DNA of 64,000 nucleotides from the human T2T-CHM13v2.0 reference genome, Homo sapiens: assembly GCF_009914755.1 (NCBI RefSeq), contig NC_060939.1. One strand, written 5' to 3'. The translations under genes and the position numbers were made by a program. Within the stretch, counting starts at the first letter, position 1. Every line of letters starts with the position of its first letter. The notes under the pieces were generated by a model, which saw only the letters and a program-made list of their open reading frames with translations, was not told where the DNA came from and ran no database searches. This document shows, piece after piece, positions 44,470-63,241 of the stretch.

Positions 44470-47400
44470 GGACTAAGAAAAATTATCTGTCTCCAATTTC
44501 AGCACGCTGGAGATAGGAAGGATTTCTCCTGATAATCTGTATTCACAATGTGGTCTTCAAGCAGGTTTGCAGCCTAATTTTATATCAGTTTTGTAGTCTC
44601 CAAAACCTCCAATAATAACTGTAAAGTAGTAGTGGACTAATAGTGCCTCCAGATCTTCAGATGATTGACACAATCTAATCCTCTTTGGAGGAAACTTTCT
44701 TTATTCCAGGCCTCTAAGAATTACCATGTGAGGACAATTAAGACATTAGGACACAATACAAATCACCAAACATTAAGGAAATAAGACCCCACAGGTTAGA
44801 ACAAACAGAAACCACAGCAGAATCAGACGTGAGAAAAGTTTAGACACTGGAATATTCAGACATAAAATAATTTTGCTTAATATGCTTTAATAAATAAAAG
44901 ACAAGCTTGAAAATGAGTAAATTACAAGTAGAGTTTAAGAAAAAAAAGAGAATGTCTGCAGTGTAAAATGTAATAACTGAAAATTTTAAAATTTTATGGA
45001 TACAGTTAACAGCAGATTCAATATAAAGAGAGCATATTAAAACAATTAAGTTATGCAGAATATATCCCAGAGTGAATAAGAAAAAAAACGTTAAGAGTCA
45101 TAGGGGATACAGTCAAAAAGTCTAACATGAACTTAATCAGTTTTAAAAAGAATGGAGCAGAAGCAATATTTGAATAGATAGTGGGAATGTTCCAAAAAGT
45201 CACTATTTCACAGATCCAAAAGCTTTAATAAGTCAAACAGAATAATAAACAGAAATCTATACCTAAACACGTCATTATGCATCTACAGAATACAGAAGAC
45301 CAAAAGATCTTAAATGTAGCCTGAGAGAAAGAAGCACAATTAGATGGACAGCTATCTTCTTAGTAATCGATATAGAAGTGAGAAGAAAATAAATGGTATT
45401 TCAATATGCTGAAAGAAAATTACTGTTCAATGCACAGTTCTATATTCAGAAAATTTCTTTCCATGATGAGGACTTAAAGACATTTTCAAACAAGCAAAGG
45501 CTGAAAATCTGCAATCTGAAAACTCCCACTAAAAAACATTATAAAGGATGTACTTCAGGTAGGAGAGTCAACTTAGATAGAAGAAATGAAATTTAAGAGG
45601 TGGGGAACAAGAAAATGGTAAATATTATGGTAAATCTGAGAGAACCTGACTGTGATATGCTAATTTTCCTCATGGGAAATTCTTTAGGTCCTGGAATGAA
45701 GGCAGGTTCCTCTAAAGAGAATTAGTTCTGTCAAGCATTTGGGGGCACTCTTCATCAAGTAGTTAAAACAAAACAAAGGATTAAAGCACAATTGTAGGAC
45801 AGTTGTAGGGGCTCAACAAACATTTACTGAATGAATGAATGAGTAAATAGATGGATATCACAATTAACTCTACGTGTTCCTAGCAAAGGCTAAAAACTGG
45901 CTGCTTGCCAGCCATTTCTGGTTTGCAAACAATTTGTTTGGCCAACAATATATTGACCAAGACAAAGGCAAAACAAAACAGGAGATTTTATACCAAGTAC
46001 TGGGCTTACATTTCTGGTTGTCAATAGTGGACTGAAACTGACTCACCGCTGCCACCTTAGAAGGGACGTCTACTCCTCCATGGAAGATTGGAATTGAAGT
46101 GTTTATACCTCCTTGTTTGGGATGAAGTTAAAAATAATTAACTTTAGACATTAATAAGTTAAGGATACATGGTATAATTTTCTGAAGAGGCAAGCTGAGG
46201 CTATTACAAGTTTTTACTTCTCTTATTTAACAGGGGAGAAAACACCCCACATGTGACAAGGAGTACAGTTAGCTTTCTGTATGATAACAGTAGCAACCAA
46301 CCACTACTGAGTAAAGCCATCATGAAATACTCTCTTTCCTAGGCCTAAAAGAGGCTTATAACTGGTGAACTGTCAACATATTTTTGTTTTGCTCACACAT
46401 TTCTGGACAACACTTAAAAATCAAAAGATGTAATATCCCATTCTGAGCCTGCATTTTTGATGGGCAGTCTTGGGCTAGAACTGAGTAGCAGAGGCCACCT
46501 TTTAGAAAGGAGTATATGGTCTCAAGTGGAATTTAAGTATTTTGGGGTTCCTGTTTGGGAAAAGGGTAAATATGATTAACTATAGACTTTAATAAATTTA
46601 GGATACATGGTGTAAATTCCTGGAGAGTACCCACTAAAAGATTAAAATAAAAATTTTAAAAAACAGTATAAAGTACAGATGCTCCTGGACTTATGATGGG
46701 GTTGTGTCATAATAGACCCATTGAAAGTTTACAATATCATAATTTGAAAATGCATTTAATATACCTAACCTACCGAACATCATAGCTTAGCTTAGCCTAC
46801 TTTAAACATGCTCAAAATGCTTATATGAGCCTAAAGTTGGGAAAAATCATCTAACATTTGTTTTATAATAAAGTGTTAAATATCTCATGTAATTTATTGA
46901 ATACTGTATTGAAAATGAAAAACAGAATGGTTGTATGGGTACTCACAAGTATGGTTTATGCTGAATGTGTATTTTTTTGCACCATTGTAAAGTTGAAAAA
47001 TACTAAGTCAAACCATCATAAGTCGAGTACTGTCTGTATATAACTCCAAAACCAGTAGAATATTAAAATAAGATGAGAAAAATGATACTTTGAAAGAGAG
47101 CAAGAAAGAAAATAAAAATAGAATGCAGAATAAACAGAATGTTCACAATTTATCATTACCATAAACATAGTGGACTAAATACTGTAATTAAAAGACAAAG
47201 ATTATCTGATTGTATTTTTAAATTGTATGTATATACTACAGAAAGGTTGAAAGTATAGTAGTGGAAAATATATATCATGCAAATACTAACCAAAGAAAGC
47301 TTGTATGGCTGTCTCAAACAACATAAACGTTATGCATGGTCACTATTAATAAGGCTCAATTCACCAGAAAAATAACTTTTCTGCATACAATGTAATCTCA

Positions 47401-47560
47401 AATTAAAACAAAAGTTCATGAAATCACAGCTATAAATGGACAAATCTACCACCACAGTGAGGAATTTTAAAACATTTCTCTCAGTAACTGATAGATCAAG
47501 GAGAGAAAGAAAAATCTGTAAGGCCATAGAAAATTTAAATACAGGTAAATAATTTGTTCT
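44470..47560 (+). mobile_element. Ancient L1M (ME/MC-type) ORF1 to ORF2 start, fragmented
   Basis: ORF1-like segment at 44800-45600 and EN-like segment at 47150-47550. Confidence 0.55.
46676..47036. mobile_element. MER47A-like (Tigger) MITE
   Basis: TIRs cagatgctcctggacttatgatgg / ccatcataagtcgagtactgtctg; TA TSD. Confidence 0.85.
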
Positions 47561-47589
47561 CAGATATATACCTTCTGTCCACACGGCTT

Positions 47590-49485
<1,896 letters not shown>

Positions 49486-52354
49486 CTAAAACTATTTTTA
49501 AAGTTATGCAATAAGATGATTTTTGAAAAATCTCTACAGGGACTAATGGTAAAATTACTATGCCAGAGGATAGCTTGCATTAGTAAAAGATAGGAACTGC
49601 TGAGATAGATCAAAAAGGTTAGAAAATCTGAGATGGGTCCTTAGGCACTGGCATGAAAAATTTTAGAATGAATGAGAAATAAATTTTTCTTGCTTTTACT
49701 TACTGAGATTTGGAGGATTATTACAATGTCATTCTAACCTATCCTGACTGATAGACTTAATCTGCTATCAATCTAAGGCTCAATTCACCGGAAAAAAATA
49801 AGGTTCAATTCACCAGAAAAATAAACTAAACTTGTCTGTGTATAATCTCAAAACAAAAGTTCTTGAAATCGCAGCTATAAACATTTGAATCTGTTGACAA
49901 GGTTCTCATTCATTCTAAAAGTCCAGTGATTTTTCTGTTCATTATAGTAACTCAGATGACAGAGCAACCATCTCAAACATCACCAGCAAACAAATCAGAG
50001 GAGAGACAAAAATCTAGAGGGTCTCAAATCAGTAATTTAACGCTTCAGTTTAGAAGTGACATGTCGTATTTGCCCACAGGTCACAATCCAAAACCAGACA
50101 GATGGTCCCACTCAACCATGAGGAAAGTGTAATCCTGCTCTGTCTGGTTCTCTAGGGAGAACCACTATATGGCAGATAACCCTATGACTACAGCCAAAAC
50201 ATTATCTCTTCTAAAGAGAGATAACTCCAAAGTCCCATTGCCATCAAATGGCATCAAAAGTGGCACTGAAAGTCCTATTGTCATCGATGGCATCAAACTC
50301 AAAATCCACTATCTCCTTCTAGTCTCTAAATCAGTAGATGGTGTGCCCTAGTCTCCTCTTGATCTGTTAATCAATGATCTAAAAAGTTGTTCATACCCTA
50401 CACATACAAGATTGAAAAAGAGATAGAAAAACTGTAATAAACACTTCTATTCAGAAAGGGAAAGATGGGAGACATAAAAGCAGTTAGTGGGCCAAAGCAA
50501 TTCTCTGCTATGATTTCCTCTACAATGGGGGTGCACAAATTCCTGATTCAAGCCTGATTCTGTTCCTCGGGAGGTGATCCCCAATTTATTGGTGTCCAAG
50601 GCTCTTGATCCTATCATCCAGGAGGTCCTATCTCTTACCTTTATCCTTCTTGGCCACCTTTGAGGCAGGCATTAAGGAATATGTCCTATTTGGGGCCCAG
50701 GGAGCTTTCTCACTCTGCCGCTTCCTATAGAAAGTTGGGGGCCCACAGGTCTCAAACAGTCATAAACTTTTAATCCAGGCCCATGGTTCCTTTAATGGTA
50801 CAATTCTCTCAAAAAGTTTGTTTTTTGTTTATATGATTTGAGTCAGCAATGAGCCAAGAGGCACACCACAATTTTTAAAGATAGGTCTCCCCCAGCTCCT
50901 CCCACACTTGACTGGAGTACCTTGAGACCATCAGGCATTGGTGGAAGTCTGACCCTTTAGTACCTGCTTCCTAAGCCATTTTGTCTAACTGAAAAGATAT
51001 ATGGGTCATTAGCATTTCCCAATTCCTGACATACTAATATTTGGGATATAAGAATGAGGAATCAAAATTTCTGAAAATTCTCAGGAATTCCTAAATTATA
51101 CAGAATCAGCATTCTGTAGTTTTCATAACATTATACTTAATGTATTTTTAAATAATTGTAACCTTAATAAATATGGAATAATTTTTCTGTAGTAGTTATA
51201 CTAAATGTTTCAGAAATTTTTTGCTGAAAAAATTAAAATGTGGTTTATTACTATGAGCCAATATCCTGTGACAAGATGATATATTTTAATATCATTATTT
51301 CTACCTGATATATTGACAACAGAAATGAAGGAAACAGTAACATAAATGTGAAATAAAAAATCATTTTAAAAACTGGAAGACTACAAATATTTGTTTAAAA
51401 GTTATTCCCAAAAGAAAAATTTAAAGCACATAAAGCATTAATTGTCCTACACAATAGTCTTTATCTTTATTTGGTTATGAATGTTTCAGATATAAAAATT
51501 TATTTTATTTCGCATTGATATGAGTCAAGTTCAAAAACCATGACTGGCCTCTTACTTTTTTTAATGATGAAAGTATTTTGTCTGCCCTGATTTTGATCTT
51601 GCTGTTGAAACTGATACTGCTTTTGTTAATTTAGAGTTTAGATCCATTTCTGATTTCTTTTTAAAATGTTCCATAACATTCACGTCTTCTTTTCTTTGCA
51701 TTTCTTGTTGAAAGTATTTGCAAAGAACAGTAGAACACTGGGAAGTGCCAACAAATTGATTTGGTAGTATTTGAAATACGTAACATTTGGCTCTTTTGGC
51801 AAGGTTAAAGCATTACACAGAAGCACTGTCAAAATTGCCAATTTAAGGGCTTATTTTGCTCCTACATTGTGCTATTTCTTGGAACACCATTGATAGGATT
51901 CGTATAAAGTATACTATCTACATAAACCTATAGATATTTATTATATTTACAAGAATGACTAACCCTCAGCAGCAGATGGGGCATGAACACATACTTACAA
52001 CATGGCAATGGCTACAAGTAAGACCAAGTGATTCGATTGTGACCACTTTCCTTCTAAGTGCTCCTGTTCTGGTTCCGGGAAATGTTGACCTTACCCTTGA
52101 ACTCCACATGTCAGCATTCCCTGCTCTTGCTTTTGAGCTTGACTTCAATGAATTCCTTCAAAGGATAATGGCTCTAAGTTGATTACTAAGCTTTAATTCT
52201 AACAGGAGAGTTACAATACTTTTCTCTGTCTCAACAATTTCTTGACTGATTTGTCTTGAAATTCAGAAAATACATAAATTTCCCAAAATATGCTGTTAGG
52301 AGTTCTCATATAGAAACACTATGGGACCTCTCTTTAATCTAGTTAAAAGTTTTA

Positions 52355-52685
<331 letters not shown>

Positions 52686-52853
52686 TTAATTAAATTCTGT
52701 TGCTTAAAGGCCTTCTTTTAATGGTTGGAGGTAAGAAGTTGTTGCCTCTCCAGCCTTGCATATATCTGAATTTCTAGAGTTCCTGTGTTCTCTTTTGTTC
52801 TCATTTGCAATCCTACCTTTTCTCGTTTCTCAGCTGAGTTAATTTCTTTCTTA

Positions 52854-53171
<318 letters not shown>

Positions 53172-53424
53172 TCTTGTCAAATGCAGCTAATACAGTAATC
53201 AAAACATGCTGTTAACATTCTGTTATCCGAAGTCTTCTGATAGAGATACAAGTTTATTAAGAATATTGTATGTCTTCCAAGTATTACAGGCAATAGTTTA
53301 CCAAATCTCGCACATCAGAATATGGATCACCTCATGGAGCCACACCATCTGTCACCTAAGCCACTGTAATAGTTTAAGTTTGTTTTTTTTTCATGGTAGC
53401 ACTCCACTTCCACGATTCATGACT

Positions 53425-53760
53425 GTATTGATCAAGATAGGCCAGGTTATGTTGCAGAAACAGAAATTCCCTAACTATAGAGGCTTAAAACAAAAATACT
53501 CATTCTCTCTCATGTGCCCATCTGAATAAACAGGGAGGCTCTGTTCATAGTAGTCCCTCAGTAACCCAGCCTGATGGAGCAATCACCATCTCAAATATGA
53601 CAAAGCACTACGACAAACGAAAAAGAATTCTAAAAAGTTTCACATCAACAATTATATGCTCCAAACCAGAAGCCACTTTCACTCACAATGCACTGGCCAG
53701 GAACTAGTTACATGGCCACACATACTAGAAATATTTGGTGAACTGTAGGAATGAAAATCA
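53425..53760. mobile_element. MLT1-type MaLR LTR (degenerate)
   Basis: ggcttaaaacaaaa and cactggccaggaactagttacatggcc MLT1-like motifs; similar fragment at about 49900-50150. Confidence 0.55.
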
Positions 53761-53973
53761 CATTAGGTTTTTAAAAATTAATAAATAAAACTGACTTTGA
53801 AGAGGTGAAGAAAAAAAATCTAGATGAAAACATCAAGTCTTAGAAGTTTATGCCAGGACAAGAAGCTTTCCGCTAGTATTGTGGTAAGAGAATTTTCCAT
53901 TTTTACCTACAAACTTAAGTATTGTTTTACTATTTTTCTATAAAGAGTATGTTAATATAATAATGGATATTTT

Positions 53974-54563
<590 letters not shown>

Positions 54564-54747
54564 TAATATTTTTTGATTAAAAAACTGAATAATCTTCAAA
54601 AAATTGCAAATTTGTAATTCTAGAACACGAAATAGTAAGAAATGTGGACCAAGTTTATAAACTAAGTTCCACTGTAATGGTTACAATAATGAAAATTAAA
54701 GAATGGTTATAAAGGTATGATATGGACTATATGAAAATATAAAGTAA

Positions 54748-54945
54748 AAGCTGGCAAACTTTTTCTTAAAGGGCCAGATTGTACATAACTTAGGCTTGTG
54801 AGCTACATGGTCTCTGTCTTATATAACTGTGCTGTTGTAGTGCAAAAGTAACAAGAGACAATATGTAATTAAATGGTATGGCTGTTCTAATATTTTGTTT
54901 ATAAAAATAGGTGGTCAACTGTGGGTCATAGTCTGCTAACCCCTA
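54748..54945. mobile_element. MER58A hAT MITE
   Basis: ggcaaactttttcttaaagggccagat...gtctgctaacccct. Confidence 0.75.
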
Positions 54946-54969
54946 ATATAGAGAATCAAAATTTTTTTA

Positions 54970-55618
<649 letters not shown>

Positions 55619-56210
55619 GTTTAACAGCATACTTTATACTTCTCCAAATCTCCACAAACAGCATGCTTTACTTTAATATTTCGGGGAGAAAAGTCATTTT
55701 AAGGAAGATGTTGGAGTGAATCAGCAATACAGTCAATTTTTCTATTCTGTTTTTGGTAAAGTCTAATGATCCTAGATGTACCTGGGGCATTTTCCAGAAA
55801 CCAAAATCCAAGGTAACTTCTGTGATCAACTATCTTTCAAGCCATTAACTTCTGCAGCTACAGCATCCCTTAAAGTGTGGCCCAATAATCTTCATAATAA
55901 TGGCACACTGTGCCATCAATGAAGACCAAATTATGTGTAATATATTTTTTAAAAATAAAGGCAATTTTACGGTACTTTTAACAAGCAATTAAAAGTTAGC
56001 AAGAGCTAATTATAAAAGTAATTTCACCCAACATATCTCATTTCTTAAAGATGTTATAGTTGTTGCTACAGATGTGTTTAGTTCCTCACAAATGATCTGA
56101 GTGTATCTTTTAATTTGAAGCTTTCAAGTTGAAAATTAAATATTGTCATGGCTTTCAAAAATCTATTCATTTTGTCTACGTTGATCTGCAGATGTGCATC
56201 AGTCAAAAAA

Positions 56211-57257
<1,047 letters not shown>

Positions 57258-58269
57258 TACTTAAAAGATAATTGTTTTTCCTCTTAAGTTTAGAAATAGG
57301 TAAATCAACTGTTTCACTTCTTAGCTGAGTAAACAAGTCTTACTGTTGTAATAGTCTAGTAAAAATAAAACACTTGCAATCCTCTTCTAGTGCATACAAA
57401 CTTCCTATTTCATTATAGTATAAAAAGTAGTCTTGTCAACCATGAAGTCAAACAATGACCTAACAGAAGCCTACAAAAATGTAACGATATTAAAACTTCA
57501 ATAATTATTTTATAAAGTGTATCTTTACATGATATACTATCTTGCCTATTAATAAAAATGATTCACAACTCCTTGAGGAAAAATCCCCTTTCTTCAGGTT
57601 AAGAAGTCTTTGATTCCATATGCATTTAACAAGCAATTAAAAGTTAGCTAGAGCTAACTATAAAAGTAATTTCACCCAACATATCTCATTTCTTGAAGAT
57701 GTTATAATTACAATTAGTATCATCCATAGGAGGATTATTTGCAAAAAAAGAAATATTTTAAAAGGAAATGTTTAATATAAATGCTAGTAACTAGATGTAA
57801 TGGAAAAACAATAACTTAAGAATCAGATCAAACTGGGTTCAAATCTAGGCTTTGTAACCCTAGCCAAATAATTGCCCAGATATTTGGTTTCCTTATCTTT
57901 TTACTTCTAACCAAAATAAAGTGACTCACCTCTTGTTAGTTTCTTTCAACAAATGTTTAGAATAGTTCTTTAAAAATTCATGGGGTAAAAAAAATTTATA
58001 GTTTCTTCCTTAAAACACTGAAGAGATGGAAAGGGGAAGAAATAACAAATAAATATGGTATTCAGATTTTCAATATAAATTAGCAGTGCATCCTACAAAA
58101 TAAATATAATGATTCTTGATGTTATTAAACTGCACTTATAATCCACCATAATCCCGTTGTTTTAACAGGGAACTATAACATACTAAGGTGTCTTGATAGT
58201 TCTTAGGCAGTCACTAGAGTGCATCACTGGCTTTCATATTCTTATCAAAGGAGTTTAAGCACTACAAAG

Positions 58270-58476
58270 CAGGAGTAGGCAAACTATAGTCCATGGGCCA
58301 AATCCAGCCAACATCCTATTTTTGTAAATAAAGTTTTACTGGAACACAAATAGGTTCATAATTTACATATCATCTACAGTGGCTTTCATGATACAAGGCA
58401 GAGTTGGGTAATTGTAGCACATGGCCCACAATTATTTACTGTCTGGCCCTGTAGAGAAGGTTTCCTAACCGCTGCT
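58270..58476. mobile_element. MER58A hAT MITE
   Basis: caggagtaggcaaact...aggtttcctaaccgctg. Confidence 0.78.
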
Positions 58477-59317
58477 CTAAAGCACTGCTACCAAAGGTTT
58501 GGTTTGCATACCTGGATTGGTTGTTCCTGATTGGAGATAAGGAGATTGAAAGAGAATGTAAACCAGCTATGGTACCAAATACAATTCTTAATTCAGCTAT
58601 TTTTTTTTCATTGCCAGACTTTCTCAATGAAGCACTTACAGTCCAGTATAGGTTCCTTTTCTCATAGTATATAGGTACAAACAGTTCATTGACCTGCTAC
58701 TTTGAATACCACTACTCAAAAGGTATATGGGGGCTGATGTAGCAAAGCTCCAAAGGGATTATGGTGTCATAATGTGATAATGTGGCAACAGACTGAATGA
58801 GACTCACAAGTGGTCCTTATAGAGACAGGCGTTTTTCCTAACCCTGCTCTTCTAAGGTTTATATTATTCCAAAAATCTTCCATGATACAGAATTACATTT
58901 TAACAAGGTGAAGGATGAGAGCTAATGGCTCCCTCTCTCCCTATCTTTTCTTGGGAGCAGGAAAGATAAAAATATTAGCTCTCCTCCCCAAAATACTCCA
59001 AATAATTCATAATATATTTTGCCTATTTAGCCTCTTTAAATTGTTGGGCAGATAGAAAAGTATAATATTAAATTCTATTTCTCTTGAAGTAAAAGAATTT
59101 ATAAAGCAAATCTATTCTCATAAATATTAGCAATATTGTCCCCTGTACTTTAAGTCCTAATTTAAAATAATGTATCAGCAGTTAAAGAATGTAGAATGGA
59201 ATCCTCACCACTAACACTGATATTAAATTTCTTGAACAAGTATATAATTTCTAAAGGCACCAAAGGTAATCTGAATCAAGCAGTGATTGGAAAAATAGAA
59301 TTATTCGGGGGCAGATT

Positions 59318-59323
59318 TTTATT
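59318..59323 (-). terminator. Candidate polyadenylation signal AATAAA (distal) for ZNF280D
   Basis: tttatt on the + strand about 1.3 kb past the stop codon. Confidence 0.55.
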
Positions 59324-59460
59324 GCAAATATTTACTCAAAAACTACTATATACAGCAGAGTATTTTAATCGCCATTTAAAACATTGAACATTCAGTGAAA
59401 CAAAATTTAAGAATCCAAAGCACATTTTAAGAAGTAAAAATGAAGCATTTTAAATAAAAG

Positions 59461-59466
59461 TTTATT
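59461..59466 (-). terminator. Candidate polyadenylation signal AATAAA (proximal) for ZNF280D
   Basis: tttatt on the + strand about 1.16 kb past the stop codon. Confidence 0.5.
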
Positions 59467-60622
59467 AGTATTTCAAAGCAAACTACTGTTCTTCATATTA
59501 TTCATTTCTATATCTATTATATTCTAGATGATAAAAAGAACTGAAAAATCAATTTAGCAGCCATCTTATAGATAAATTAGGCTAAATTTCCAAAACCAGT
59601 TCTTTTACATCACTGTTTTAGGTCCCATTTGAAGTTTTTATTTTACAATTACAGAAAAGTCACTTAAACATGGCTGAATACATGCCAGGACATGTTTTCA
59701 GTTTACTGCTTTACAATATCTACATTATACCATACTTTGGTTTGGCTTCCAGACCATTTTTATGGGCCTATTTCTAAGGAAGATCATTAAAACAATATTA
59801 AAAGCATAATAGCTACAGGAGTTTCAACAATGGGTTTCTACTTTACATTAATACAACTAATACATCAAAGAATTTCTACACAGCTTACACACTGACAAAA
59901 AGCACAAATATAAATTTATATCTTAATAATTCCACTTTCACTGAAAGTTTAATTAAGGTAAGCTTACAGCCTGGCAGGCTAACACTTGTATGGAGGTACA
60001 AAGATTCAAATATTCTGTTTACATGCGTCTGACTGGAATGTTATATTAAATCCAAAATTAAGTTTATGTTCATCCAAATTCTCATTAGATCAATTTAGTA
60101 CTCTAAGCATGCTCCATTTACCAGCATCATCCTCACAAATAAAGCCTTCATTAACAATGCCAATCAGCCATTGTTTTTAATCAATTACTCCCCAAAAGTA
60201 CATGGTTTCCAAATCCCTTCCTCTCAGTTAACTGAAAAGGATATACAGGTAATAAAGATTTTTAGCTTAGGATTGATGGAAGTTTGAAAGGCTTTATAAA
60301 TATTACTAATATCATCAATTCATGTCAGCAACCAAATCCCATTTCCTTGAAAACCATTAAATGAGACCTTTCCACTGCAAATTTAATTATCATTAAAATC
60401 CTGTTCGTGTTTTTAAAAACTTTTTGGGAATTCCTACTAATCATGCTATTATTGGTGAATTGATTTGTTTGATAACATAGGTTGAACATACAGGTAAAGT
60501 GTATGTGTGACCTCCCTTACATATTTCCATTTCTGAACCTACAACAGCACCACTGAGCTCACCTGATAGCACTGTTCCAAATGCCCTTATCGTTGGTACA
60601 CTGAAACTTAAAATGACTAATT

Positions 60623-61247
60623 TCAACTTCTTTCTTTTTCATCTTCCAGGTCTACTGTTGCCTCTGTTGTGCTAGGGTTATTTCCTCCAGGAATGTCATC
60701 TGTTTGATCAGACACTACTTCATCAGTCTTGGCTGAAGGATCACCACTACCTTTCTGAAGAATCTCTGTGGCTTCATACTCAAGTACCTCGGATGGAGTC
60801 AGAGGTTCCAAATGAATACTGCCTTGCTCGCTAACATCAGAACTAACAGATTCAGGTTCATGTCTTTTTCTCAAAAACTGATCAATGCTTACATTATCTG
60901 ATGCTAATCGCAAATCCTTAATATTCTTTGAAGAAAATCTGGCTTCACTGGAGTTGTGATCTTTAATCTGATCAGATAAGATTATGTTTTCTGAACTTTG
61001 GCACATCTTCAACTCCATTTCCTGACAAACGTGTTGTATTTGTTTTTTCTTTTCCACTTTATCTGCACCAATATTTGAATCACAACTGACGATGTTTTTT
61101 GAGCCAGTTTCCTGGTCTGCAAGACAGGTTTCATTTTCCTTATCTGAAACTGTTATGCTTTCTTCACTTTTTGTTGTTGATGAGCCTTCAAATGAATTTG
61201 CATTACATCCATTTTTTTCTTTTGAAGAAGCAGCTTTATCTTGTTTA
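60623..61247 (-). CDS. ZNF280D: Terminal coding exon of zinc finger protein 280D (acidic, low-complexity C-terminus)
   Basis: Non-repeat ORF KQDKAASSKEK...GSIHLEPLTPSEVLEYEATEILQKG...VDLEDEKERS* matches my recollection of the ZNF280D C-terminus. Acceptor ctttatttttcag|T at 61248/61247 (phase 2); TGA at 60623-60625. Confidence 0.88.
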
Positions 61248-61621
61248 CTGAAAAATAAAGTCATTTATTATGTATTTCTTCATAAAGCAATGTTTTTGAA
61301 CACTGTCAAAATAAAGACGTGTTCTAAAAAATAAAAAGTCAAGGTACATTTGCCCACCAAAAAGGAAAACAGTCCAAGTTCCCAATCCTCGCTATGGCAG
61401 TAAAATTTAGGAGGAGGCCATTTTCTTAGGCAAGATTCTGAGAAACTCTGGAATCACATACTAAAAGATATCTATCAACTAGTTTTAGTCCTGGCTGTCA
61501 TTATTTTCATCTGTTCATATCTCTTGCCTGTTTCTAGTTTAAATTTAAGTATTTTTATTAACTTGTAAAAGTACCTAAAATAAAAAAATATATTTGGAAA
61601 AAAATCTATATTTTTTTATGA

Positions 61622-61914
61622 TTTTTTTTTTTTTTTTTTTTGAGACAGGGTCTTGCTCTGTCACCCAGACAGGAACACAGTGGTGCAAATATCTCACTGC
61701 AGCTTTGACCTCCTGGGCTCAAGTGATCCTCCCACCTCAGCCTCCCAAGTAGCTAGGAATATAGGTGCACACCACCAAGCCCAGCTATTTTTTTTATATT
61801 TCATAGAGACAAGGTTTTGCCATGTTGCCCAGGCTGGTCTCCTGGGCTCAAGCAATCCTCTTGCCTTGGCTCCCAAAGGGCTGGGATTACAGGTATGAGC
61901 CACCATGCCCAGTC
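61622..61914 (-). mobile_element. AluJ SINE (intronic)
   Basis: Poly(T) followed by reverse Alu. Confidence 0.92.
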
Positions 61915-62608
61915 TCCTTTATGATTTAAATAGCTTCTTATGTTTAGAATGTCTTTCCATACATAAAATCAGATAAGCATTCAAACATATTTTTCTAATT
62001 TTTAATAGCCCAATTTAAAAAAAAAACACATGCCTGAAAAAGTATATGTAAATATATAACATACATACACATCTAAGTGTGTGTGCATGTTTGTACACAT
62101 ATATATATGTGTGCTTCTGTGTGTTTCTTCTGGCCCTGAAGTGTTAACAGAAACTATCTAGTGAATCACAAAATATGAGAAACAAGATTTCTAAGAAGAT
62201 CATCAGTCCATTATCTAGATCTAAGGATGCTCATTTTATGAAAATAAATTTAATGATTACATATACCTTATTTCTTACATTTAATCTGACATTTAGACGT
62301 ATTCCCAATGAATTGCACAAATATCCTAGCAACATTTCCAAAAGGTAATTTATTATTTACTAAATTACTATTTATATAAGGCTATTTCTCTGCTATTTGT
62401 TTTGTTCTACTGATTTGTCTTTAGACTATTCCTAAACCAGTAGCACCCAGTTTTAACAATTATTGATTAACAATATACTTTAGAACTAAACAAATCACCT
62501 ACAATCTACAACTCTTCCCCATAAATTTCATACTTTTAATATGTAAAAGATATTTATCAAGGATGCTCATTAAAACAATGTTTAAAATAGTAAATATAAA
62601 AAATCTAA

Positions 62609-62914
<306 letters not shown>

Positions 62915-63165
62915 AAAAACCTAGTATGTTATCCAGCAAGAAAGGAATGATTAAATACATTATGGTATTAATAGTGAGAAAAATATAAATCTTTTTTTAA
63001 GTTTGTCAGTTTCCAAAACAAATCCCATGTTTATTAAATTCATAATTTAATTTGTAAAATAGTCTATCATGTAGTTAATATATTATTTTTTATCATGGAA
63101 AATTTTGCTTTTCTTCATCTGGATCCTGGCCATTTCTCTCTCTATATATAGATATAGATATTTTT

Positions 63166-63241
63166 AAGGCTAGTCAAGTGAATCAGTGGGAATGGAGAAG
63201 GAACAAAGAACTCTGCAACTGGCTGTGATCAATTATTTGTA
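63166..63241 (-). pseudogene. 5'-truncated Y RNA (hY3/RNY3) retropseudogene
   Basis: Reverse complement tacaaataattgatcacagccagttgcagagttctttgttccttctccattcccactgattcacttgactagcctt matches the 3' three-quarters of hY3 as I recall it, followed by a short A tract. Confidence 0.88.

Larger units (their letters stand above)
59300..60622 (-). other. ZNF280D: 3' UTR of ZNF280D (3' end approximate)
   Basis: Repeat-free AU-rich sequence between the stop codon and the AATAAA signals. Confidence 0.65.

Noticed and set aside
51540-52190. Possible exon(s): two short opposing ORFs and a minus-strand GTAAGT near 51995
   Set aside because: No recognisable protein. The 51560-51730 segment vaguely resembles a decayed hAT transposase C-terminus. 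Insufficient support.
60441-60626. 61-aa ORF overlapping the ZNF280D stop codon
   Set aside because: TTG start, no recognisable homology; length compatible with chance.
61248-61264. MTLFF N-terminus of the 213-aa ORF as a standalone gene start
   Set aside because: It is the intronic polypyrimidine tract and AG acceptor; the exon starts at 61247.
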